DNA of 50,143 bases from Chiloscyllium plagiosum. Lineage: Eukaryota. This document shows, in pieces, positions 1-12,543 of this stretch; positions within the stretch are counted from its first letter, which is position 1; each line of letters starts with the position of its first letter. The stretch spans positions 8,986,390 through 9,036,532 of the forward strand of contig NC_057757.1 in assembly GCF_004010195.1 (NCBI RefSeq), given 5' to 3'. Position numbers and translations under genes: made by a program. Under the pieces are notes generated by a model. It was not told where the DNA came from. It saw nothing but the letters and a program-made list of their open reading frames with translations, and searched no databases.

Positions 1-305
1 CTCTATAAGGTCACCCCTCAGCCTCCGACGCTCCAGGGAAAACAGCCCCAGCCTGTTCAGCCTCTCCCTGTAGCTCAGATCCTCCAACCCTGGCAACATC
101 CTTGTAAATCTTTTCTGAACCCTTTCAAGTTTCACAACATCTTTCCGATAGGAGGGAGACCGGAATTGCACGCAATATTTCAACAGTGGCCTAACCCATG
201 TCCTGTACAGCCGCAACGTGACCTCCCAACTCCTGTACTCAATACTCTGACCAATAAAGGAAAGTATACCAAACGCCGCATTCACTATCCTATCTACCTG
301 TGACT
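1..305 (-). mobile_element. CR1/HER1-like LINE, RT C-terminal fragment
   Basis: Reverse complement resembles the CR1 ORF2 3' region seen elsewhere in the window (e.g. 18700-19030); runs off the window edge. Confidence 0.75.
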
Positions 306-312
306 CTACTTT

Positions 313-1068
313 CTTGAAGTGGGAAGACTAATTCTAGAGCTGACTAGACTGTAAACAGAAGAGCCTTGGGAAAAGATGATGAGCAGAGAGATCTGGGAAT
401 TCAGGTCCATTGTGCCCTGAAGGTGGCTGCACAGGTGGATAGAGTGGTCAAGAAGGCATATGGTATGCTTGCCTTCATTGGACACGGTATTGAGTATAAG
501 AGCTGGCAAGTCATGTTAACATTGTACAAGACATTGGTTTGGCTGCATTCACAATACTGTGTCCAGTTCTGGTCGCCACATTACCAAAAGGATGTGGACC
601 CTTTGGAGAGGGTGCAGAGAGAGCTTCGTTTGTGTGTGTTGGGGTGGTTACTTTCATAGTTTAGGACTTGACCAAAAGAGATTGAGGGGGAACCTAATTG
701 AGGTCTACAAAACCATGAAGGTTACAGACAGGGTGGCTAGATATAAGCTTTTTCTCAAGGTGAGGGAGTCGATGACGAGAGGTCATGTGTTCAAGGTGAG
801 AGGTGAAAGGTTTAAGTGGATACACATGGAAAGTATTTTACACAGATGGAAGTAGGTGCCTGGAATGCGTTGCCAGCAGCGGTAGTATAGGCAGGCACGG
901 TAGATTCATTTAAGATGCATCTGGACAGTTGCATGAGTAGGTGGGGAGCAGAGGGATCCAGATGCTTAGGAGTCGGGCGACAGGTTTAGACAGTGGATTT
1001 GGATTGGCTCAGGCTTGGAGGGCCGAAGGGCCTGTTCCTGGGCTGTAAATTTTCTTTGTTCTTTGTTC
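313..1068 (+). mobile_element. CR1/HER1-like LINE 3' end (RT C-terminus + 3' UTR tail)
   Basis: ORF 366-659 QRDLGIQVH..LKVAAQVDRVVKKAYGMLAFI..YCVQFWSPHY..LERVQR; tail GGCCGAAGGGCCTGTT..(TTCTTTG)n. Element plus flank recurs at 22577-23849 and 37953-39236. Confidence 0.9.
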
Positions 1069-2049
1069 TTGTTCTTTGTTTGGATGGCTTGTTCCTGTTG
1101 GTTTCTTTGTGTGGCAAGACCCACTGCCTTTCTGTCTGGGCTCTCTTTTGTTTAATGGGGACCTTGTTGGGGTTTTAGCTGTCCATGATCACCGATGTTT
1201 TAACATCAAGGGGGCTGCTACATTTCACCTTCGCTCACTGTACTCCCCACCCCCCGCCACCGGACCCTGTTGNNNNNNNNNNNNNNNNNNNNNNNNNNNN
1301 NNNNNNNNNNNNNNNNNNNNNNNNNNNNNNNNNNNNNNNNNNNNNNNNNNNNNNNNNNNNNNNNNNNNNNNNNNNNNNNNNNNNNNNNNNNNNNNNNNNN
1401 NNNNNNNNNNNNNNNNNNNNNNNNNNNNNNNNNNNNNNNNNNNNNNNNNNNNNNNNNNNNNNNNNNNNNNNNNNNNNNNNNNNNNNNNNNNNNNNNNNNN
1501 NNNNNNNNNNNNNNNNNNNNNNNNNNNNNNNNNNNNNNNNNNNNNNNNNNNNNNNNNNNNNNNNNNNNNNNNNNNNNNNNNNNNNNNNNNNNNNNNNNNN
1601 NNNNNNNNNNNNNNNNNNNNNNNNNNNNNNNNNNNNNNNNNNNNNNNNNNNNNNNNNNNNNNNNNNNNNNNNNNNNNNNNNNNNNNNNNNNNNNNNNNNN
1701 NNNNNNNNNNNNNNNNNNNNNNNNNNNNNNNNNNNNNNNNNNNNNNNNNNNNNNNNNNNNNNNNNNNNNNNNNNNNNNNNNNNNNNNNNNNNNNNNNNNN
1801 NNNNNNNNNNNNNNNNNNNNNNNNNNNNNNNNNNNNNNNNNNNNNNNNNNNNNNNNNNNNNNNNNNNNNNNNNNNNNNNNNNNNNNNNNNNNNNNNNNNN
1901 NNNNNNNNNNNNNNNNNNNNNNNNNNNNNNNNNNNNNNNNNNNNNNNNNNNNNNNNNNNNNNNNNNNNNNNNNNNNNNNNNNNNNNNNNNNNNNNNNNNN
2001 NNNNNNNNNNNNNNNNNNNNNNNNNNNNNNNNNNNNNNNNNNNNNNNNN

Positions 2050-3499
2050 GTTTCTGACTGTCTACTCTATCTATTCCTCTGATCATCTTATAAACCTCTA
2101 TCAAGTCACACCTCATCCTTCGCCGTTCCAATGAGAAAAGGCCTCGCACTCTCAACCTATCCTTGTACGACCTATTCTCCATTCCAGGCAACATCCTGGT
2201 AAATCTTCACTGCACCCTCTCCAAAGCTTCCACATCTTTCCTAAAGTGAGGTGACCAAAACTGCACACAGTACTCCAAATGTGGCCTAACCAAGGTCCTG
2301 TACAGTTGCAATATCACTTCACGACTCTTGAATTCAATCCCTCTGCTAATGAACGTGAATACACCATAGGCCTTCTTACAAGCTTTATCCACCTGAGTGA
2401 CCACTTTCAAAGATCTATGAACATAGACCCCAAGATCCCTCTGCTCCTCCACCTTACTAAGAACCCTACCGTTAACCCTGTATTCCGCATTCTTATTTGT
2501 CCTTCCAAAATGGATAACCTCACATTGGACACGGTTGAACTCCATCTGTCACTCCTCAGCCCAGCTCTGCATCATATCTAAGTCTCTTTGCAGCCGACAA
2601 CAGCCCTGCTCACTATCCACAACTCCACCAATCTTCGTATCATCTGCAAATTTACTGACCCACCCTTTGACTCCCACTTCCATTTCATTAATAAAAATTT
2701 AAAACAGCAGAGGACCCAGAACTGATCCCTGCCGAACTCCAATTGTAACTGGGCTCCAGGCTAAATATTTACCATCTACCACTACTCTCTGACTTCGACC
2801 GGTTAGCCAGTTTTCTATTCAACTTGCCAAATTTCCCTCTATCCCATGCCTCCTGACTTTCAGCAAAAGCCTACCATGGGGGACCTTATCAAATGCCTTA
2901 CTAAAATCTATGTACACTACATCCACTGCCCTACCCTCATCCACATGCTTGGTCACCTCCTCAAAGAATTCAATAAGACTTGTAAGGCAAGACCGACCCT
3001 TCACAAATCCGTGCTGGCCGTCCCTAATCAAGCAGTGTCTTGCCATGCCACACAGTACTCCAAATGTGGCCTAACCAAGGTCCTGTACAGCTGCAACACC
3101 ATAGGCCTTCTTACAAGCTCTATCCACCTGAGTGGCAACTTTCAAAGAGCTATGAACATAGACCCCAAGATCCCTCTGCTCCTCCACCTTACTAAGAACC
3201 CTACCATTAACCCTGTATTCCGCATTCTTATTTGTCCTTCCAAAATGAACAACCTCACACTTGACAGGGTTGAACTCCATCTGCCACTCCTCAGTCCAGC
3301 TCTGCATTATATCTCTCTCTTTGCAGCCCTGCTCACTATCCACAACTCCACCAATCTTTGTATCATCTGCAAATTTACTGATCCACCCTTCGACTCCCTC
3401 TTCCAAGTCATTAATAAAAATGACACACAGCAGAGGACCCAGAACTGATCCCTGCCGAACTCCACTTGTAACTGGGCTCCAGACTGAATATTTACCATC
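2050..3499 (-). mobile_element. CR1-like LINE ORF2 RT fragment, internally rearranged
   Basis: QHGFVKGRSCLTSLIEFFEEVT, DFSKAFDKVPH, QGSVLGPLL, FADDTKIGG motifs. 3046-3499 repeats part of 2264-2780. Confidence 0.9.
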
Positions 3500-3569
3500 C
3501 TCACAAAAAATATTTACTCCCGCCCTCAAATCTTTGCCCCCTCCTACTCTCCCCCTCTAACTAAAGCAT

Positions 3570-4140
3570 ATAAGGAGTGGGGGGAGAGAGCCGTGCTGTT
3601 GGACAATGTGCTGGCGGCAGTGTGAGCCGTAAGGATTTGTTTTGGGAGGTTTCAGAGAGCAGCGGCTCAGTTAAAAATCCAGGGAAGCTCCGGTAACGTC
3701 CTTTTAACATTCCGTTTCAGTCTGACAGCAGCTGAGATGGCAGTTAGGGCAGGAATCCCCTGTGGCCATTCCCCTCACAAACAAGTATTCCGTTTGGGAA
3801 CCTGTTGGGGGCGGGTGGGATGGGTGTGCGACCGTTCAGGGGAATGCAGCAGTATCCCGATCAGGGGCAATCCCACTGGCTCTGGGGCAAAGCGGGAAAC
3901 GGGAAAGGGAGACAGGACCTTAGTGATAGCAGACTCTATAGTTAGGGGGACACAGACAGGGGATTCTGTGGGTGCTGATGGGAATCCAGGATGGGGTGTT
4001 GTCTCCCAGGCACCAGGGTCCAGGATGTCTCAGAGTGACTGTAGAACCTCCTCAAGGGGTAGGGTGATCAGCCAGAAGTCATTATTCACGTTGGCACAAA
4101 TAACAGAGGTAGAAGTAGGGATGAGGTCCTGCAGAATGAT
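3570..4140 (+). mobile_element. CR1-like LINE 5' region / ORF1 (SGNH esterase-like) fragment
   Basis: LVIADSIVRG (GDS esterase motif, degenerate) and, in shifted frames, CCLPG-RV / VIVHVGTN-type segments. 3829-4140 is near-identical to 24461-24771. Confidence 0.7.
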
Positions 4141-4684
4141 CGGGTATCAGGGAAGAGAGGTCTCCACAGGAAAGGGGGGATTTAATGAGGGCCATTCAGG
4201 GGCTGATCCTGAGGATCCCGCAGCACCATTTCACAAGGGGGAAGATTAATCTAGCCACAATGGGCCGAACGTCCTCTTTCTAGGGAGTGAGATGACAGGG
4301 ATTCTGTGACTGGGATCTTGCTGTGCGTTGGTGCATCCACAGGCTGGTCCATCTACACACAAATTTACCCCAAAGTCCAAGGGGGTGGTGCTGAGCGAGG
4401 GGGTGGGTATCCAGGACACGGAGGGAGTTGAAAAGAGGCTTTTATGTTGGGGGGTAATGGAGGGGGGCGGGTCGTGGCAAAAAGGGCACTGAACAATCGG
4501 GAAATGGGGGGAAAAATGCAGGGGTGAAAACTGGGGACGGGGCATCACATAATTGGGGTGGATGTACAATTTGGGGTAGGGGCATATAAACAAGAGGCAG
4601 AGGTTATACAATGAGGGCAATTGTGTTCCCACATCCCCATTTTTGAATCTCTGCCACCATGGGTGCCCCAATCAGCACAGGTAA

Positions 4685-4995
4685 GATTAGATTAGATTAC
4701 TTACAGTGAGGAAACAGGCCCTTCGGCCGAACAAGTCCACACCGACCCGCCGAAGCGCAACCCACCCATACCCCTACCCCTTTTAACCTTACATTACGGG
4801 CAATTTAGCATGGCCAATTCACCTGACTTGCATATCTTTGGACTGTGGGAGGAAACCGGAGCACTCGGAGGAATCCCACTCGGACACGGGGAGAATGTGC
4901 AAACTCCACCCAGCTAGTCGCCTGAGGTGGGAATTGCACCTGGGTCTCTGGCGCTGTGAGGCAGCAGCAGTGCTAACCACTGTGCCACCGTGCCG
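4685..4995 (-). mobile_element. HE1-type tRNA-derived SINE (V-SINE), near full length
   Basis: Minus strand starts GGCACGGTGGCACAGTGGTTAGCAC (A box), has a B-box-like GGTGCAATTCCC, the V-domain CAGTCCAAAGATATGCAAGTCAGGTGAATTGGCCATGCTAAATTGCCC, a LINE-like GGCCGAAGGGCCTGTTTC tail and (AATCT)n end. Confidence 0.9.
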
Positions 4996-5039
4996 NNNNN
5001 NNNNNNNNNNNNNNNNNNNNNNGGGGGGGCGGGGGGGTG

Positions 5040-6330
5040 GAAGGGAGAAAATCGAAGGTCAGTAAAGTCAGGAAGGTGAAAAGTCAGGGCCGGGGGGCTT
5101 GTTATTGTTTGGATCGATTTGGACAGGGAACAGTGCCTGCAGTTTCCAGACAATGGAATGGACAGGGACAGGAGCAAATTGTCCCGAATGAAAAAACAAT
5201 GTGCTGCTTGTGCAGTGGCGCAGGAGGCCAGCAGAGTGTGGCATTGTATCACTTTAAACACAAGGGGGTCAGACACAGAGAGAGTCAGAGATGCTGGGTT
5301 GAGGTGAAAGTGAGGATAAAAGGGTCCTCCTCAGATGTAATTGCACCATGGCGTTTCCCAGGTGGGGGCGGGATGCTATGATAACCAACGTTCGATTTTG
5401 TCACAGGCGTGTGACCTGTGCCCAGTACAACCCAAGCTGGCCCATTAAAATTAGAATGGGGCCCCAGCCATTCCCAAAGGGACTCTGGGGGCAGTTACAG
5501 ATGGATTTTACAGGACCTCTTCCCCAACCCCAAGGGAAGGCAGATTGCCTTGTGATTATTGACCAATTTAACACGTGGGTCAGGGCCTACCCTAACCAGA
5601 ACTGATCAGCTAACGCTGTGGCAAGAGTTGTAGCTGAGGAGGGGATTCCCAGGTTGGGGGATGGGGGATGGGGGGTGCCGTCCCAGATGGGCTACCACCG
5701 GGGACCCATTTCCCTGGAAGTGTTGTAAAAACCACATGTCAGCTGATGGGCATTAAACCGAAATTTCACACACCCTCCCATCCACAAAGTTCAGGCATGG
5801 TGGGGCGAATGAACAGGACTCTTAAACCCTCCCTTGCTAAGGACATGCAGGACTCTGACAAACGCTGGCCTGAGGTCCTGCCTGCTAGACTCGTGACTCC
5901 AGTCCACCACAAGCCGGTCGAATGGTTTGACCCCTTACGAGTCAATGACAGGTTGGGCAATGTAACTGCCCGATTCCATCATCATGGGAGGGTTCCGATG
6001 CTGGGCCTCGCTGTGATAGAATACGTCACTGTGTGCTCGAACTGAGCACCCAGCTGAAGGGGATGTGGAAAACAGTTCGGTACAAACAGGTGGGGGGGGG
6101 CAGGATGAACAGAGGAAATTAAAGGATTGTGCGGAGGTCCCATCGGTGGGTAGGAAGGTGATGGTTAAGACTCTCCCCGTTAAACCAGGCTTCGCCCCTC
6201 AGTAGAATGGTCCCTCTGAGGTTATCATTAGTGGTGACACACCCACCTGTATTGACATGCGAGGGAAGGGGGAGTGTGGAAACACTGGTCACAACTGAAG
6301 AAATATCCAGACACTGGTTGATCATCCTCA
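5040..6330 (+). mobile_element. Class I (gamma/epsilon-like) endogenous retrovirus: gag-end/pro relic and integrase, decayed
   Basis: Integrase motifs CAQYNP, LQMDFTGPLP, CLVIIDQF.TWV.AYP (5348-5605) and GTHF, FH.P.HPQSSGMV.RMNRTLK (5668-6045). Degenerate zinc-knuckle-like GACYCLDRFG near 5093. No RT is recognisable, implying an internal deletion. Confidence 0.85.
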
Positions 6331-6422
6331 CCCTCTGCTTTCTTTTCAGACTAACTCCTCTCATGACCTACTGACAATGTTCTTATGTGTGGAGTTGTTG
6401 TGAATGGACGAGAGTGTGTGCT

Positions 6423-7478
6423 GAAAGAAAACAGAGGGTTGTAGTTGATGGAACATGTTCATCTTGGTGTCCAGTTACTAGCGGCATGCCGCAAGGGTCG
6501 GTGTTGGGTCCACTGCTGTTCGTCATTTTTATAAATGACTTGGATGAGGGCTTTGAAGGTTGGGTTAGCAAATTTGCGGACAACACTAAGGGTGGTGGAG
6601 TTGTGCATAGTGATGATGGATGTAGTAAGTTGCAGACAGACATAGTTAGGATTCAGAGCTGGGCTGAGAGGTTGCAAATGGAGTTTAATGTGGACAAATG
6701 TGAGGTTTTACACTTTGGACGGAGTAATCAGAATGCAAAGTACTGAGCTAATGGTAAGTTTCTTGGGAGTGCAGATGAGCAGAGAGATCTCGGTGCCCAT
6801 GTACACAGATCCCTGAAAGTTGCCACCCAGATTGACAGGGTCGTTACGAAGCATACATTATTTTGGCCTTTATTAATACAGGGATTGAGTTCCGGAACAA
6901 AGAGGTTATGCTGCAGCTGTACAAAGCTCAGGTACGGCCACACTTGGAGTATTGTGTGCAGTTCTGGTCAACGCAGTGTAAGAAGGATATGGAAGCTTTG
7001 GAAAGCATGCAGAGGAGATTTACTCGGATGTTGTCTTGTATGGAAGGAATGTCTTACGAGGAAAGGCTGAGGGCCTTGAGGCTGTTCTCGTTGGAGAGAA
7101 GAAGGTTGAGAGGTAACTTAATAGAGACGTACAAGATAATCAGAGGGTTAGATGGGGTGGACAGCGAGAGCCTTTTCCCAAGTATGGGGATGGCAAAACA
7201 TGAGGGGACACAACTTTAAAGTGAGGGGAGATAGGTATAAGACAGATGCCAGAGGTAGTTTCTTTACTCAGATAGTAGTAAGGATATGGAATGCTTTGCC
7301 TGCAACGGTAGTAGATTCACCAAGTTTAATTGCATTTAAGTCGTCATTGGACAGGCATATGGTTTACATGGAATAGTGTATTTGGGATGCGCTTCCGATT
7401 AGTATGACAGGGCGGTGCAACATCGAGGGCTGAAGGGCCTGTACTGCGCTGTAATGTTTTGTGTTCTATGTTCTATGT
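6423..7478 (+). mobile_element. 5'-truncated CR1-like LINE inserted into the ERV between pol and env
   Basis: RKQRVVVDG..PQGSVLGPLLF..FADNTK..RPHLEYCVQFWS..RRRLRGNLIE; ends in (TGTTCTA)n tail. Confidence 0.92.
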
Positions 7479-7531
7479 ATGGGCAGTACAGTCTTTGGAC
7501 CTTTGTATAGCTCTGCTCGGGAAGCTCCGGG

Positions 7532-8960
7532 ATGGTCCTGTTTATTGTTGCCTTCGCCCTTTGCCTGGTAGCCACTGGGGGGCAGCACCAAACGGATTGT
7601 GCAACCCACGGTCCTGTTCACCGGAGAAGGCGCGGGGTTCCATGTTAATTCAGACTTAACCATGTTCTATCAGCACACACAGCAAAATAACATCTCGAAA
7701 TGCTGGGTGTGTACTCGAATCCCTGCACACTCTATTGGGGGGGATTCCCCTGAGTCCCATTCCGTTTAATAAATCCAAAACGGTGGAATGGTGATTGGAT
7801 CAGAACAGACCCTCACATTTATCCATTTGGGGGATGGGCGGGGGTTAGGTCTGACAGAGAATCTCTCGGGTCATTCATGCGAGGCCCTGAGCAGACCATT
7901 TCTGCTGCCAATGATGAGGTCACCTGGGAGACCACGGGTTATAACATGCAAAACTATCAAGGCTGGTTCCAGCCTCACTACATCCTTTAACATACACCCC
8001 TCTGGCTCTGACCCTCACAAACACCGTGGGTGAAGGAACGCCCACGGGGGGGGATTTGTTATAAATGTAATCGCACATCAGGGTGGAATGCTTGAACCAG
8101 CAAATATTCCCGTTCCCTGCTCCTTATCCTGTCCGCCCGCTGATCGTTTCTTTCTGGAATATTCTGAGCCTTGAGGTTATCAACATGACGACAGGGAAAA
8201 CGTTCAAAACCATTTGGACTTCAATTCCGACTGATTACCTGAGGCCTTACAATGAGAATTACTCTGACCGTGCTGTCAAGGCCTACCCTTGGCTCTCTTT
8301 GTATTAGTCTGGATCTTGCTCCCTTGCCTTTGTGCTACCTTTTGTTCACCATTACAGTTCCCACCGCGTTCATCCCAAACTGCATCCACTCAATCCAAAC
8401 GGTCCATCACTGGGACCGAGCGACTCCGTAAGTTCACCTTCCCCGCCAATGGGAGTGCTAAGGCTGCTAGGGAACTGATCAATATGGCCTCCACCTTGGA
8501 AATGCCGGCTAATGAGACTGCCGATGGCTTTGCAGCGGTAAGCACGGCCATCTCCGAGGTGTCAGCTGAGGTCATTGCCACCCGTACTGTTGTGTTGTCG
8601 AACCGTTTGGCCCTTGATTATTTGCGAGTGGCACAAAGTGACCCCTGTGCTGTTATTGGGGCCTAGTGCGGCACATACATTCCAAACACATCGGACAATA
8701 TAACTGACCAATTGGATCACATCCGCCTGGAGGCTGATAATAACCAGCAGGAAGGGAAACAGTTTCATGATTCTAATCATCCCCCCACCGGGGAGAGTGC
8801 TAGGATGGCGATGAGGCGGATCCTGGGGATCATTCCTTTTGCATGCCATCATCATGTTCTTTGATATTGTCATCGCTTGTTGCATTGTTATGGTTGGCCT
8901 TACCTCATGTTGGAAAGTTTGGACAGCGATAATTATGCTGGGTGGTAGCCTGCATGTTTG
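7532..8960 (+). pseudogene. env: ERV envelope (gamma-type env), frameshifted
   Basis: Signal peptide MVLFIVAFALCLVATGG from ATG 7532; CWVC at 7701-7712; SU/TM site SKRS; immunosuppressive domain LSNRLALDYL; CX6CC-like CAVIGA*CGTYIP; hydrophobic TM segment at ~8830-8910. Multiple stops and frameshifts. Confidence 0.88.
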
Positions 8961-9059
8961 GTCGCCTGGGAGTTACCCATTTCTGGCCACGCTGATGATT
9001 AGTCTGTTGTGGTCGTCGGTTCATCATGCTCCCGCATGTCTCAGACCACAAGGGGAGAC

Positions 9060-9544
9060 TTAAAACAGGAAGTATGTAAAGAAGAAATACTTGCAGAACA
9101 CAATGGAGTGGTATGCTGTTCCTGGATACAGCAATCTGTGTGTGTACATGGACTGAACACAATGGCGTGGTACCCTGTTTCCGTAAACAGCGATCTCTGT
9201 GTATGTGTGTACAGAACACAATGGCGAGGTACGCGGTTCTGGGAAACAGTGATCTCTGTGTGTGCATGTACAGAGCACAATAGTGTGGTACACTGTTCCT
9301 GGAAACAGTGATCTCTGCACGCATGCGCAGAACACAATAAAACATCTTTTGTCGTCTTTTATTGTCCGGGCCATTCGGACTATAAAAACGGTTGTACCTA
9401 TTGTTCACGGCCAGACAGCCTCGTCTCGTCCTGCAGTGAGAGGCAGAATCCCAAAAATGTTTTGATTTAATAAATTGGATTTACTTTTTTCTAAATTTGA
9501 TTGACTTGCTTCGAAATGTGAATTTTATTAATTTTACGACAACA
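9060..9544 (+). mobile_element. ERV 3' LTR
   Basis: Preceded by polypurine tract AAGGGGAGA (9050-9058); 59-bp tandem repeats in U3; TATAAAA 9381-9387; AATAAA 9469-9474; ends ACAACA at 9544. Paralogous LTR at 28647-28921 begins TG after AAGGGGGGAA. Confidence 0.7.
9096..9338 (+). repeat. Four ~59-bp tandem repeats in LTR U3
   Basis: GA(A/G)CACAAT unit starts at 9096, 9155, 9214, 9273 and 9330. Confidence 0.9.
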
Positions 9545-10769
9545 CGATCCATTCAATTAATACCCTTGTAAAATTTGGGAATGGATATGCAAAGGCTAGG
9601 CTTTATCGCTGCCTGAATGTTTCCAATTTTCTGACGCAGATGAAATGCACTCCAAACTTTGACCACTTCTTTATACAGTCCTGGCCAATAAAAACATTTT
9701 TGTATTTTGGCATGAGTTTTCCTTACTCCCAAACTTGGTAATTCATATGCACATCATCTCTTTTCTAAATCCCACCGGAATACAACTTGACAACCTGCTG
9801 CCCATTTCCCATCCGTCTGAATGTGTGATGGTCTCCATTTCCTCAGGAAGGCCACATTTAGAAGATATCAACATTCTGTGGTCTCTTCAGATTCTGTGTT
9901 CTATATTCAATATTCTAATCGCTGGCTAATGAAGACTAGCATCCCGTATGCCTTCTTAACCATCCTGTCTACCTGTGTTAACAGCTACAGGGACCTATGG
10001 ACTTGTACACCAAGCTCCTTTTGATCCTCAGTGCTCCCCTCGGACCTGCCATTTATTTGACCCCTCCAGCCTGTTCCACCATTCATGGTGATGGGGCTGA
10101 TCCAACATCCCTCACGGCCACTTTCCTGCCCTTTCCCTGTAACCCTTGATTCCCCGACTGATCACCGATCTATCTCTGATGGAGATAAACTCAAAGCATT
10201 AGCCTGCCCTCCCTCCATGGATGTTGACCGACCTGTTGTTATTTCCAGCATTTTTTTTGTTTTCGGTACACATCCCAGCATCTGCAGTAAATAGCTCCCA
10301 CAAGGATCTCTCTCTCTCTCTCAGTCTTAAATATACACAGGGACTCTGCTCCCACAGCTCTCCCTGTGGCTGTCCCATCTTATTTATCCCTCATAAAACA
10401 AATCTTAATTTCTCATTTATTTCCTCAGCTCGGTGTGTACAACCTGCATTTGCAATTTTGGAACAGAATTAGTCTTTGTTTTATTACCATTACCTGATTT
10501 GCATAATGACCAAAGTTTTCCATCAGCTGCCAATCTATTATCATTGTCTATTCTTTGACACTCTTATTGACCTGATGCTCAATTTCAATTTTTTGATCAT
10601 GTTCCTAATCCTAAATTCTACTGTCAATCTCAATTATTATTACATTGTACATGAGATGTGGGGATCTCTGACTAAAACAGCAGTTCTGGCCCCTCCCTAA
10701 TATCCCCAGTGAAGACGGTGCTGATCAGATTCACTGCTGTTTCTGCAACTACCTGCATGCACTTTGTCT

Positions 10770-11595
10770 TATTCACTCGCGGGACGTGAGCATCGCTGGT
10801 CCAGTCCTGGCTGGGAATGCTGCCTGTTCCCAGTTGCTCCTCCATAAGGTGTAGAGGTGAGCTGCCTTGTTGAACTGCTGCAGTCCGTGTGGTGTAGGTC
10901 GACCCACAATGCTGTTAGTGAGGGAGCTCAAGGATTCTGACCCAGTGAAGGGACGGTGAGATATTTCCAAGTCAGGTTGGTGAGTGGCCTTGAGGTGAAT
11001 GTGCAGGGATTTCCGTTCTCATCGATCTGTTGCTCTTGTCCTTCTGGATGGTAGAGTTTGTGGGTTAGGAAGATGCTGTCTGAGACCTTTGGTGAACTTC
11101 TGCAGTGCACCTTGCAGATGTTCCATACTGCTGCTGCTGAGAAACACTGGTGGAGGGAGTAGGTGTTTGTGGATGTGGTGCCAACTAAGCAGCTGGTCTT
11201 TCCTGGTTTCTGCCACCAGAAAAAAACCATTCAGGATGAAGCAGCGGCTTGGTTGGCACCACATCCCCAGACATCCCCTCCCTCCATCACTGAAACTCAG
11301 TAGCAGCAGTGTTTACCATCTACACGGTGCACTGCAGAAATTCACCAACGATCCTCAGACAGCACCTTCCAAACCCACGAGCACTTCCACCTCGAAGGAC
11401 AAGGGCAGCAGATAGATGGGAACATCACCCCCTTCAAATTCCCCTCTGAGTCACTCACCATCCTGATTTAGAAATATATTGTCATTCCATCAGTGTTACA
11501 GGCAGCTCAGCATTACCTTCTCAGGGGCAATTCAGCATGGGGGATAACTACAGACTCAGTCAGTGATATCCACATCCCACGAGTGAATAAAACAA
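10770..11595. mobile_element. Two inverted fragments of a CR1/L2-group LINE 3' end (minus 10770-11210, plus 11230-11595)
   Basis: Both match the element at 48750-49467 in opposite orientations; same pair at ~30681-31505. Confidence 0.7.
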
Positions 11596-11651
11596 AATCA
11601 TTTCATGGTTTGGAAACAGTCGTAACCTCTTTTGGGCTTCACTGAGGAGTT

Positions 11652-12543
11652 TTATTTATTCACAATGCAATGAATCCGTGTAACCAGGTATTTTACTGCG
11701 TTACTGATCTTTGCTCTGAACCGGGACAATGTTGCTGCATAAATAAATGTGTTTGTGCAACAGCTTAGGTTCTGCAGCATGGAACCAACCGCACTGAAGT
11801 GATCTACAAAATGGGAGTAATCTCCAGAATTGATTCCTCGAATGACATAATAAAAGAAATCTGCAACAACAATTAACCAGAGGAGTATGAAGCTCCCAGA
11901 GATGGTGAAGAGCAAAATCACAGCCTTCCTTCTGCTCTCCATCTCTGGGTCTCTGTGATTCTCTCCTTTGCTCTCAGCCTTCAGCCTCTTCCGGACTCGA
12001 CTGGTCACTAAAATGTGTCTGACTGTCAGAGCATTGAGCAACAGAATTAAAGCGAATGGCAGTAAAGGAGTTAAAATTGTATCGAACCAATCTAATACCA
12101 CCCACCAAGTCTCAGTATAGTAGCTTAACTTTGTTATACAATAGAATGGCACATTGTTGATTATCCTCACAGGCTCATATTGAAAATAGAAGGGGATGTT
12201 TTTCAGACAGAACAATGTGCAGGTTGTTGCCAGAACCACAGTCGCAGCTTTCTCAGTGCAATATTTTGTTCTTAGCTTCTGACAACAAATCGGTCAAAGG
12301 AGAAAGTGACGGTGAACCAGACAGAGCAGTTTGTGGCTGCACGAGACAGTGCCCCCATAACACTGCACACAGGAGTGATGTCCAGAAAAGTCTGCTGGAA
12401 ATAATAGAAAGGTAAACTCCGCATTATAACCTCAGTAATAATGACCATCAGATCGGCAGCTGCCATAAACACCAGGTAATGGGTAGTGCAAGGGGAAACA
12501 CCACAGTTTTGCCTGGAAAGGACTGCGACTGCTAGCAAATTTA
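11652..12543 (-). pseudogene. GPR139-like GPCR copy A, exon 2 (frameshifted)
   Basis: Acceptor TTTCTTTTCCCATTTGTCTACCACAG at 12544-12545. 7TM sequence is split over ORFs 12272-12556 and 11652-12239 by a 10-bp deletion (GGTCACAAAT on + strand) at 12290/12291 just after DRF, giving FDRFVVRS*. Confidence 0.9.

Noticed and set aside
1076..2194. Long ORFs of 220-370 aa here and at 17292-18432, 21721-22826, 23605-24796, 41322-42084
   Set aside because: They run through N gaps (poly-X) and are artefacts.
4140..4684. Possible ERV gag capsid region
   Set aside because: Position fits, but I could not recognise any gag motif, so it is left unannotated.
8289..8666. Domesticated syncytin-like env
   Set aside because: Env is broken by frameshifts and a stop in the CX6CC region; no long open frame.
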